NCBI GenBank assembly: GCA_020184695.1
Contig: JAANOX010000280.1
Coordinates: forward strand, 620,001 to 684,000
Length of the DNA stretch: 64,000 bases
Source of the DNA: Histomonas meleagridis 2922-C6/04-290x
Lineage: Eukaryota; Protista; Parabasalia
Direction of reading: 5' to 3'
Under the pieces are notes generated by a model. That model did not search any database and was not told the origin of the DNA. It was given only the letters and a program-made list of their open reading frames with translations. Of the stretch, positions 19,867 to 29,209 are shown in pieces. Every line of letters starts with the position of its first letter. Positions within the stretch are counted from its first letter, which is position 1. The translations under genes and the position numbers were made by a program.

Positions 19867-21033
19867 TTACTTTCTTTGGTTTGGAAATTGTCCCGCGGGG
19901 TAAGGAATAAACATTGGTCCTTGTGGTACTATTTGTGGGAATGATTGCGGCATACCATATACAGGCTGCCATACAAACTGTTGCTGTTGCATTCCCTGTT
20001 CCTCATTTACTGATTTAAATGCCATTGGTCTCTGATTGTTGTTGTTTTGCCCACTCTGTCCCTGTGACTGTTGGTATGGTGTAAAGTATACAAATGGCGT
20101 TCCTTGAAATTCGCTTGGCATCTGCTGGAACACGTACTGAGGGAAAACAGTAGGTTGTGGTTGAACTAATATTGGCTGTTGTTGTTGTTGTTGCGGTTGT
20201 GGCTGTGGACGATCTGTTTCTTTTTCATCTTTAATCGGTGCTTGTGGCTTCGGTTTCTCGATTTCCTCGAAGGAATTGGACTTGTCTGCAATCTGTGGTA
20301 CTGGCTTTTGAATCGGAGCAGGTTTGGGAATGGGGCCATCAAATGTACCAAATTTAGAATAGTTGGGAACCACTTCAGATATGTCTGTAGGAAGATAAAG
20401 AACTGTGCTTGCAAGGCGTGTTGGCCTGGGCTTAGGTTTAGATGTCTCATTTGATGGAACTGGTACTGGTTCAACAGGTGGTAAAACTGGTGGGGCTTGT
20501 TGAACCGGTTTTTCTTCTTGTTTGAGTGGTTGTTCTGTTTGAGGTTGAGGTTGGTGTTGAGTTTTAGGTTGATATTTAGGCTTTAAATCATTAATTGGTT
20601 TTGGTTCGGAAGGTGAAGGAACAACTTGTGACGGCAAAGGAATTTCACGTGGTCGGCTTAAAATTTGTGGTTGTTCTTCAGCTGGAGGTTCTGGAGTAAC
20701 AATTTCATTATCAATTACTTGAATGTCTCCCCACGAAGCTTTGCTAGGCTGACCAAATATAACTGGTTTGGGTTTAGAAGTAATCTTCCTAATCTTTTCT
20801 TCTTTTTTAATAATTTTTGGTCTTGGTTTTTGTTCTCTCTTTCGTCTTTGATCATTTTCTTGTGGGGCATTTTTTGCTTTTGACTTTTTCCAAGTTGTTG
20901 AGGAATCTTGATTTTGAAGTCTTTCAATAATTTCTTCATCATCACGGCATTCCTTTATAAGTTCGCTAATAATTGATACATCTTTATTTGGGAACATTTC
21001 ATGGAATTGTGCAATTCTTTGTTTATCTTCCAT
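19867..21033 (-). CDS. UBA/CUE-like N-terminal domain protein with Pro/Gln-rich tail (Def1/UBAP2-like)
   Basis: FHEMFPNKDVSIISELIKECRDDEEIIERL..TTWKK (CUE/UBA-like helical domain plus W-K motif); long P/Q low-complexity region with a KFGTFD motif. Confidence 0.6.
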   Translation of the reverse strand: MEDKQRIAQFHEMFPNKDVSIISELIKECRDDEEIIERLQNQDSSTTWKKSKAKNAPQENDQRRKREQKPRPKIIKKEEKIRKITSKPKPVIFGQPSKASWGDIQVIDNEIVTPEPPAEEQPQILSRPREIPLPSQVVPSPSEPKPINDLKPKYQPKTQHQPQPQTEQPLKQEEKPVQQAPPVLPPVEPVPVPSNETSKPKPRPTRLASTVLYLPTDISEVVPNYSKFGTFDGPIPKPAPIQKPVPQIADKSNSFEEIEKPKPQAPIKDEKETDRPQPQPQQQQQQPILVQPQPTVFPQYVFQQMPSEFQGTPFVYFTPYQQSQGQSGQNNNNQRPMAFKSVNEEQGMQQQQFVWQPVYGMPQSFPQIVPQGPMFIPYPAGQFPNQRK

Positions 21034-21254
21034 TCTAAAAAGAGAAAAATTGACTTTGTTTGTTCATCCTAAAGGTGGCCAGACAAAAATAAACGGACAC
21101 ATGCATGGCAAAAAATATTCACTTTTGCTTACACCATTTTTATATGCATTACACAAAAGTTGTGCGCTTGAATTCAATAAGTATACATGATGATCTTCAT
21201 ATTATTTTTAGAATTTATGGAAGTAAATATGCTCCTACACTTTCTGAGTTTTAT

Positions 21255-21643
21255 ATAGCACTTCTTGTGTCTCTAAATTTGGGTGTACAGAAATTGTTAA
21301 ATTACTTCTAAACAAAAAGGAATTGATTTTAATGCTAAAGATATATATATGATATTTATTTTATGAATTTGATATTTCAAAACAATATTTGAAAATTATA
21401 TGAATTATTTAATACAGTACTTATGTATGCATCTGAAGAAGGATATATAGAAGTAGTTAAATTACTTCTTGAACATAAAGGAATTTATATTAATGTTAAA
21501 GGCAAAATTTATACGTTTTAATTGAAATTTATATTAATAATTTCGTATTTCAGAATAATATTTGGAATTTATTGAAATTATTTAAATCAGCACTGAACAA
21601 AGCATCATCAAAAGGTTTTACAATGATAATTGGTGTACAATAG
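21255..21643 (+). pseudogene. Ankyrin-repeat fragment with 17-nt-insert/single-codon architecture
   Basis: Three ankyrin blocks (IALL..GCTEIVKLL.KQKGIDFNAKD with two 1-nt deletions; TVLMYASEEGYIEVVKLLLEHKGIYINVKGK; SALNKASSKG) separated by 20-nt units; ends in TAG at 21641-21643. No upstream start found. Confidence 0.8.
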
Positions 21644-21725
21644 AAATTCAGTATTAAGGTACCCCAACCATCATTCAACCTACCCCCCCCCCATCAAAAG
21701 TGCATACGGGCACCCCAAATATCTA

Positions 21726-23225
21726 ATGCTCAGTTTTGAAGAAATTGCATTAGCACAACAACGATGTAAGACGCAGACCAATGATTTTTGTGAGAGCGAA
21801 AAAAAACGGAGGGTTCGTGATTCCTTGGTTTTATGTCTAAATCACTTATTCACTTTAGGATATGTCCAATCTGCAGAAAAACTTGCTCAAGAAGCAGGAA
21901 TTGGAACAGACAGGTTTGAACTTTGTGATAACATAACACTTATGAGAATCATTGTTGATTATGAGCAATTTTATGAATCAAAGTATGGGTATAAAGTCAA
22001 ATTTGTTAAACCTGTTGAAAAATCTGTACAACAAGCAAGGAGAAAGACAGGTACTACATCTATTTCAACAGATGATAATCTTTCACCACGTCAAATTCAA
22101 CCTCAAAGAGATGGTCGTCCTCCACATATTGCACGTAAAAAACCTCCACCCAAAAAAACAGATGATGAAAACCAACTATTAGTGAATGCTTCATCTATCA
22201 CTGTATCACATTCAAAAAATGATAAACAAAAACCTCAAAAAGACATACTTACAACTCCACCAGATCCCAATGGTAAACTTTTGGATCCTGTTCCTCCACA
22301 ACTTCGTTCTGATTTTGGAGATCTGACATCAATAATTGCACGTGATATCTTTACCAAAGACACTGGTATTACCTGGACCGACATAGTTGGTCTAGATGAT
22401 TGCAAACGTGTACTTCGAGAGTCCGTAGTTCTACCACTTAAATTTCCAAATCTTTTTAAAGATCGTAAACTTCTTCAACCGTGGCGTGGAGTTCTTCTTC
22501 ATGGTCCTCCTGGTACTGGGAAGACATTATTAGCCAAAGCAGTTGCCCATGAGGGCACCACTTTTTTTAATATATCTGCATCAACAATTGTCAGTAAGTA
22601 TCATGGCGACTCTGAGAAGCTCATTCGAGTACTATTTGAACTTGCACGTTATCATTCCCCATCTACTATTTTTATTGATGAGCTTGATTCGATCATGTCA
22701 CGTCGTTCAACTCATGACGAACATGAAGCATCACGACGCATGAAAACTGAACTTCTAATACAAATGGATGGGCTTTCTAGTTCGAATTCATTAGTTTTTG
22801 TTTTGGCGGCATCCAACTTTCCGTTTGATTTAGATCCCGCCATTCTCCGAAGGCTTGATAAAAGGATATTAGTTCCATTACCCGATTTTAATGCACGAGC
22901 TGACATGTTTAAAAAATTATTAACGATTGATATAACTGAAAATGATATCGATTTTGATGTTCTCGCTGAAAAAACAGATGGATATAGTGGAAGCGATATC
23001 AAGTTGGTTTGTAAAGAAGCAGCAATGTTACCCTTAAGAAGGCTCTTGGAGAAGTTACAAAAGAAATTCGGCGATCTGTTTTTGGATATAGTAAAAGAAG
23101 AAAAAATGAAAATCGGACTAATAACTATGGATGACGTGCTAATTGCATTGGAAAGAACTAAGGCAAGTGAAGCTTATGATCAAAAAATGTATGTGGAATG
23201 GCAAGAAAAATACGGCGTTGTATAA
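21726..23225 (+). CDS. Katanin p60-like AAA ATPase with LisH (KATNAL2-like)
   Basis: LisH-like LVLCLNHLFTLGYVQSAEKL; AAA core WRGVLLHGPPGTGKTLLAKAVA, IFIDELDS, SRRMKTELLIQMDGL, AASNFPFDLDPAILRRL. First ATG 21726. Confidence 0.9.
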   Translation: MLSFEEIALAQQRCKTQTNDFCESEKKRRVRDSLVLCLNHLFTLGYVQSAEKLAQEAGIGTDRFELCDNITLMRIIVDYEQFYESKYGYKVKFVKPVEKSVQQARRKTGTTSISTDDNLSPRQIQPQRDGRPPHIARKKPPPKKTDDENQLLVNASSITVSHSKNDKQKPQKDILTTPPDPNGKLLDPVPPQLRSDFGDLTSIIARDIFTKDTGITWTDIVGLDDCKRVLRESVVLPLKFPNLFKDRKLLQPWRGVLLHGPPGTGKTLLAKAVAHEGTTFFNISASTIVSKYHGDSEKLIRVLFELARYHSPSTIFIDELDSIMSRRSTHDEHEASRRMKTELLIQMDGLSSSNSLVFVLAASNFPFDLDPAILRRLDKRILVPLPDFNARADMFKKLLTIDITENDIDFDVLAEKTDGYSGSDIKLVCKEAAMLPLRRLLEKLQKKFGDLFLDIVKEEKMKIGLITMDDVLIALERTKASEAYDQKMYVEWQEKYGVV

Positions 23226-23409
23226 AATTGTTTGTAAATTTATTTTACGTAATTTGATTTTTTATGATGAATTAATTAAACAAATTTGTTTAAATTCTTC
23301 TAAATAAGAATTAAAATATTACTTTTTATTTTACCTCTTTTCAAATGATTTTTTTCAACACAAATATTCAGAAACAATAATCAAATGATTGATTTTTCAA
23401 TATTTCCTA

Positions 23410-23890
23410 TATTTTATCATTATTGCTTGGTAATTTAAAAGAATATTTATAAGTTTTTATATCTTTTCAGTAAATGATGGCATTGAGTGGGACACCATTT
23501 ACAGAAGAGTACACTCTAGTTATTTTCATATTCGCCGGTAATTGAAGTCAATGAAAGAAGTTTTAGGGCTAATTTTTCAATACAGTTTTACTAAGCGATG
23601 ACTTTCGTGATGGGTTTAATCATTTTTGTTATATTAGATCTAATATTATTTTCCTTTGTTTTAAACTTAATAATCTAGAGTCTTTTCAAAATTTAACAAA
23701 AAACATATTCATTACATCAAACACTATGCTCCAAAAGCCACAGCATTTCTTATTAGTACAAAATTTGATTTATATCAACATGATGTTCCAAATTGCATTT
23801 CAGATGAAGAAGTTGTGCAACTTGTTATTGACCAAAAATTTGATTGTTATCTCCAATGTTCAGCAAAAGAAAATCAACTTCAGTGATAAA
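23410..23890 (+). pseudogene. Degenerate Rho-family small GTPase
   Basis: Pieces in shifting frames: SNIIFLCFKLNNLESFQNL, YIKHYAPKATAFLISTKFDL, CYLQCSAKEN (G4/G5-like). Confidence 0.55.
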
Positions 23891-24659
23891 CTTGTAAATA
23901 AAATATTGTTTTTCAACTTTTAAGTTATTTCTGTATTCAATATTTTTTAATTTAATTTGCATTTTTTCATTGTTTTTCCTACCCAAATACTAAGCGTAGT
24001 GTTACCAAAACATAATAATATCTAAAACGCGATGACAACTTATATTATAAAACATAGTAGAACAAGTTCGAAAGATATTTATTTATTCATTTAACTGTTG
24101 AATTTATCTAACAAATTATTTACTGTTAAAATACCGGACATCCCCAGCATTGCTTTTCCAAATAACAACAAAATTAAGCACAAAAGGTTTTTCATGTTTA
24201 AAATGTTTTCTTTCTTTCTATAATACAAAAACCACAACAACGGCGGATAAATATAATTTAACACACAAACAGCAGCCAACTGTTAATTTGTTGTAACACT
24301 GTTAGGGCCTTGCGCAAGAAGAGAGAGAAGTGGCCCACTCATAAATGATGAGATGTGAAGCCAACTCTAATTTGTTGAAGATATCTTTAAGGCGTTTTTG
24401 GATCCAACTTCGTGGATATACATCTCAATTTGCTTTCCTTGAACAAATCCTTTTTCAGATGTCTGGATTTTATAAATTTCTTCCCATCTTTCATATTGTC
24501 TTGAGCAGCACACCATTCCTCACAACACGTTTTTGAGATATCATATTATGGAAATAAATTTACCTCAAAGTTTCTTGTTAATACTAAAGATATTTATTTA
24601 ATTTATGTGATACTTATTTGAAATTTCAAACACAATTATTTTTGGAAAATGCATTTTAC

Positions 24660-26579
24660 TTAAACATCATAAAGAATTGAACCACCCCATTCTACAACTG
24701 TATAACCATTACGTTCTTTATGTAATTTGTCTAAATTTTGAAGTGGTAATTCTTCTATTTTATTATTATTCTTCAAATTTTTCATTATCATAAATACTCG
24801 AATAACACATTCAGGTTTTGGCGTAACTTCAAGTTGTGCCACATTTTCATATTCTTCACTTAAGAATTTAATCATCGTATAATTACTTCTTTGGATTTGT
24901 GGTAACCAAAACTGTATGAAACTTATCATTTCTTTTCCTCTTAATCCTAAATAGTATAATTTTTCTTCCAAAAATTTATCTGCGTCTTCTTTTGATAAAA
25001 TAAATCCTTCATCAAATTTAAATTCGTTATCATTAAACAAACATTCCCAAAACAAACTATCATATTCTATTGAATTTGGATCATCTTTGTTTATCATAAT
25101 GCCATTTTCATTCACGTTAACATTCCAACCTGTTTCATTATTATATTTAGGATATGTACATGTAAAATCACCTTTGATATTAACTTTAATATTTACATCC
25201 ATTTTCTCTTTTGGATACACATAAATTACTGGTTTACCACCTCTAAGTCTATTAACTAAATGTATTACAGAACCTTTAGAAATTTGATAATCACTAATTT
25301 GATTGCCATCTTCCAATTGTTTTCCAGCAAATATGAATCTTTGCGCTTCTGGTGGCATTCCTTCAAGAAAATAAAACCTTGCTTTTACATCTTCAATATG
25401 TTCATCTGGAGATACTTCAATATATATATTTTTACCAGAAAGAGTTTTAATTGCAATTGGAAACGGGTTTGGTTTTGTTGATATCGCTGGTAGTGGATCA
25501 GATTTTAACATAAAATGAATACATTCATTCGGAGCAAAATGTTCTGTAATCAAATCTATATTTGATATTTCAGGAGGTAAAATTTGTTCTTGAATAGGAA
25601 AACCTTTTTGTTGAAATATTTTTTCTTTTAGGTTTAATACTGTATCCTTAAATGAGGCTTTGATTGAAAAACATTCCTTGTATAAGGGAAAGATTGTAAT
25701 TGAAAACTCCTCATTAGGATTTGATGCTAAGTAAATTTTGCAACAACAATCTTCATAAACATAATCTTCAAGCCTCAAAAAGTCATACAGAAGTCGTCCT
25801 TTATAATAAAGAAATTGCTTATCGATTGGAATTTTTTCTTTTCTAAATAGTTTTTCTTTCAAAATTCTGATTGAATGTGTTAAATTTGCTTCAATTTTAT
25901 ATAATTTTCCAGATAATGTTTCTACAGGGACGATAAAACTTTTTTGTTTACAAGAAGAACTTCGCTTATAATATAAATAAAGATTGGAATTGGATTTAAT
26001 ATTATAAAAACTTAAGTGTTTCGAATTTTCTAATTCTTTTCCTTCATAAAAAAGTCGTTGTTTAGAAACAGAAATTTCTTTTTCTTGATTTATCTTTTCT
26101 TTCAATCCTCCAACTGTTTCTATTTCAGAAACATTGATTTGCATTGACCATCCAGTTAATTCTCGAATATATATCGGAATTTCTTGAGATATTCCTTGTT
26201 TTATTTGTGTTGAAGACTCAGTATGTGAACTTTTTATAAAATTCCGAATTTGTTGACCAAGATCTACATTACCTAATGCTAAACAAAGATCAAAAATATC
26301 ATTAACTTTATGTGATGGAATGTTAACATAATTGTTTTTAAAGATTGATAAAAGAAGTTCAAAATCTCCATCATGATCTTGATAATCAACAATGAAACTA
26401 TTATTGTTAGGATTTCCCCTGTTGGTAAGAGCTACTGTTGGTGAAATAATTTCTGCAAGAAATTTATTACAAAAAACTTTTTTTTCACCAAGACAAAAAC
26501 AAAAATCCTCATTACAATAAAATGGTAATATTTTCATAATAGCATTAATAGGTATTTCAATTCGACAATTGTTCGCCAT
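24660..26579 (-). CDS. BTB-like + tandem ubiquitin-like domains fused via LRGG to a KPVIYxYP domain
   Basis: [12 protein letters not shown] (BTB-like); four UBL units, last nearly canonical ([11 protein letters not shown]...[48 protein letters not shown]); then KPVIYVYP...LFWE...FIQFWLP...IRVFM..VVEWGG. First ATG 26579. Confidence 0.85.
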   Translation of the reverse strand: MANNCRIEIPINAIMKILPFYCNEDFCFCLGEKKVFCNKFLAEIISPTVALTNRGNPNNNSFIVDYQDHDGDFELLLSIFKNNYVNIPSHKVNDIFDLCLALGNVDLGQQIRNFIKSSHTESSTQIKQGISQEIPIYIRELTGWSMQINVSEIETVGGLKEKINQEKEISVSKQRLFYEGKELENSKHLSFYNIKSNSNLYLYYKRSSSCKQKSFIVPVETLSGKLYKIEANLTHSIRILKEKLFRKEKIPIDKQFLYYKGRLLYDFLRLEDYVYEDCCCKIYLASNPNEEFSITIFPLYKECFSIKASFKDTVLNLKEKIFQQKGFPIQEQILPPEISNIDLITEHFAPNECIHFMLKSDPLPAISTKPNPFPIAIKTLSGKNIYIEVSPDEHIEDVKARFYFLEGMPPEAQRFIFAGKQLEDGNQISDYQISKGSVIHLVNRLRGGKPVIYVYPKEKMDVNIKVNIKGDFTCTYPKYNNETGWNVNVNENGIMINKDDPNSIEYDSLFWECLFNDNEFKFDEGFILSKEDADKFLEEKLYYLGLRGKEMISFIQFWLPQIQRSNYTMIKFLSEEYENVAQLEVTPKPECVIRVFMIMKNLKNNNKIEELPLQNLDKLHKERNGYTVVEWGGSILYDV

Positions 26580-27342
26580 TAAAAAAATGTAAAATATAAC
26601 AATGCTTTCGGCAAATTTTACCAACGAAAGAAAAAGTTACCAAGTGGGCAATAATTGCTGTACAGCAAGGTGAGGTAAAAAAGTAACGGATGTTTTGATG
26701 TGTATTGAAAAATGTCTAAATATTTACGATAGATTAAAATGTCGTTTTGCATCAAAAGTTTTTAAATGATTTTATTTTCAATAAGTCACCTTCAGAAATT
26801 AAAATATTTGATGACGTTTTAAGCCAATAAATATTAATAATAATGTATTTCAATGGTTTAAATTGATTCAAAAAAAATAAACAAAATAACAAGGAAGTAA
26901 TTGTTGAAAATTTTAATTTCATTTTCTGAATAAATCAAACTATTCTGGGAAAACAATGAATAAAATAACAATCACTCATCAATAATCATATTCAATGATA
27001 TTGAATTGAAGTTGAACAAATGATGTTGAGATTGGCAAATAATAATAATAATAATAATGAATAACTTTAATATCAGCTTCAAATCCTGAAAATCTAACAA
27101 ATACTGAATGTCAAAATTTGAAGAGCTTAAAATCGATACATCCCCTCTTAGGGCTTGGTGTCCATCTTCATCACTTATTATCCAATATAATGATATTGAT
27201 CAGTTATGTAATACAAGTGAATACCCAATAAAAATTAATGTAAACTGATATCATGAATTCAAACTATTTACAACAAAAAATTTTATAAATTCTCAAAAAA
27301 ATGATTTTTTTAGATATCTGTTTATTATGCTTATTACAAATT

Positions 27343-28017
27343 TTATGCAATTGGTAAAAGAAGCATATATGAGTAAAATATAAAAATAGGGAAAAATATA
27401 AGTGGTTTTGAATCATTGATATTCAATAGTGGAAGAAGATATTTTGTTGCTGAAATTCCGGCCCAAGAGACAAATGGCAGCGCAAAAATTATTTTTACAG
27501 TTGGTGAACGAAGTCGTAAAATAAATGATATGACAAGAAAGACTGCTAATGGAATGGTACAATATGATAGAGCTGTGAAGAGAGTGGATCCGAGTGATTC
27601 TACAGGAGCTGGTAGCATGAATTTGAACAAGAAATATAATAGACTAAATCCTGTAATACCTATTATGTAAACCATTCCAAATCGAACTTTACCTAAGAGG
27701 AGAAGTGCTCCTGCAAAAAAGCAAAAGAATAATAATCCAACCAAAAAATTATTATCTGCCATAGTATTTTGGGAACGTGACATAGGAAGAAGAATTGTTT
27801 TTAGATTTTCTTTAACATTAGTGTTGTGGATACCCATTTCTTCAAATAATGATGGTTCATCAGGAAAGCCACCATGAATAATTGAAGCAAAATATCCTGT
27901 TGAAGCATCTGCAACGGGTACTTGGAAATTTGGGTGTGATTCCTTTGTCATACTACCTGTTAATGATTGTTCATTAGAAGGTGTTTCAATGAAACCTAGT
28001 TCGTCTCCTTCAATCAT
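27343..28017 (-). CDS. Yip1-domain protein (YIPF5/Yip1-like)
   Basis: GFPDEPSLFEEMGIH..VKENLKTILLP, GKVRFGMVY, LSYCTIPL, five TM helices ending LIFFPIFIFYS. Confidence 0.88.
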   Translation of the reverse strand: MIEGDELGFIETPSNEQSLTGSMTKESHPNFQVPVADASTGYFASIIHGGFPDEPSLFEEMGIHNTNVKENLKTILLPMSRSQNTMADNNFLVGLLFFCFFAGALLLLGKVRFGMVYIIGITGFSLLYFLFKFMLPAPVESLGSTLFTALSYCTIPLAVFLVISFILRLRSPTVKIIFALPFVSWAGISATKYLLPLLNINDSKPLIFFPIFIFYSYMLLLPIA

Positions 28018-28380
28018 TGATAAAGTTTTTTTTCCAAGATTTACCCTTTGGTGAAACTTTTACCCTTTTTTTAAATTGTTTTATTTCCCTAAAAAATATT
28101 ATATATAATATATAATTTAAATCATTCTATGTTTAACCATTAGTATTGAAGTGAAAAAAATTCATAATGTCTTTAAATAGATTGAAGTGAAATGAAAAAA
28201 TGAAAGTGATATCGATTATTTTATTTATGTATTATTGTGAACTAACAATGTTTTTTGTAACAGCAGTTCTACTTTCATTTATAAATGATTTTAGATTCGA
28301 ATGTTAGAAAGCTTCTGAACAAATACACAATCCTATACTTATTTCACATCACATGTCATTTGTGGTCGTAATTCAAAAAA

Positions 28381-28806
28381 ATGGGAAGGCATCATTCAAG
28401 ACAAGTTCCACTAATACCAATAGCACATCCTCTTGCTGGACATCGCCTTACAAAGAAAATAGGTAATTTAATTTCTAAATGTGCTGACTCCAAATCTTTA
28501 ATTTACGGAGTCAAAGATACTGGAAAAGCATTAAAAAAGAAGGAAGACGGTATAGTAGTTCTTGGTGGAAACGTGACACCAATGGACATTATTGCACACA
28601 TTCCAGCAATTTGCGAAAATCAGAATGTTCCTTTTGTTTTCCTTCCATCAAAAGAACAGATTAGTGCATACTCTCAGCGTACATCTCCGGTTGCATGTGT
28701 TGTAGTTCGTGCACCAAAAGATAATACATATCAAGAAGAATATAATAATGTATTAGAAGGAATCGAAACACTCAAAGCTGAGGAAGCTCAAGAAAATGCA
28801 CAGTAA
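28381..28806 (+). CDS. NHP2: H/ACA RNP subunit NHP2 (L7Ae family)
   Basis: PIAHPLAGHRLTKK, GVKDTGKALKKKEDGIVVLGGNVTPMDIIAHIPAICENQNVPFVFLPSKEQI. Confidence 0.85.
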   Translation: MGRHHSRQVPLIPIAHPLAGHRLTKKIGNLISKCADSKSLIYGVKDTGKALKKKEDGIVVLGGNVTPMDIIAHIPAICENQNVPFVFLPSKEQISAYSQRTSPVACVVVRAPKDNTYQEEYNNVLEGIETLKAEEAQENAQ

Positions 28807-29209
28807 ACTAAATTGATTTTTATTTTGATTTTAAATATCTTTTACAGTATTTTAAAATTTAAATTATAAAATAAAGTTTAGTCATCAATAGGAATTATTT
28901 TTATAAAGCCGATAAATATTGATGTTTGGGAAGGAACTTAAAATTTTAAAATTAATGGAGATCTATTAATTAAAATGAGATTTGAGTTTATTAAAATAAA
29001 AAAATATATAAATATCTTTCAGAACTAAGGAAAGTCACTGTTTATCAAATTGTAATATTTGCTATATTTCTCTGTAAGGAAGTTGGAATTTATACTGTTC
29101 CGAATAAACTTTTAGTGTAAACCAGTAAATTCGAAACTGTACAGTTGGATCAATTTAATAAACTATACAAAAATTGAAATGTTTATGAAGAGTCAAAAAA
29201 ATCAGCAAA

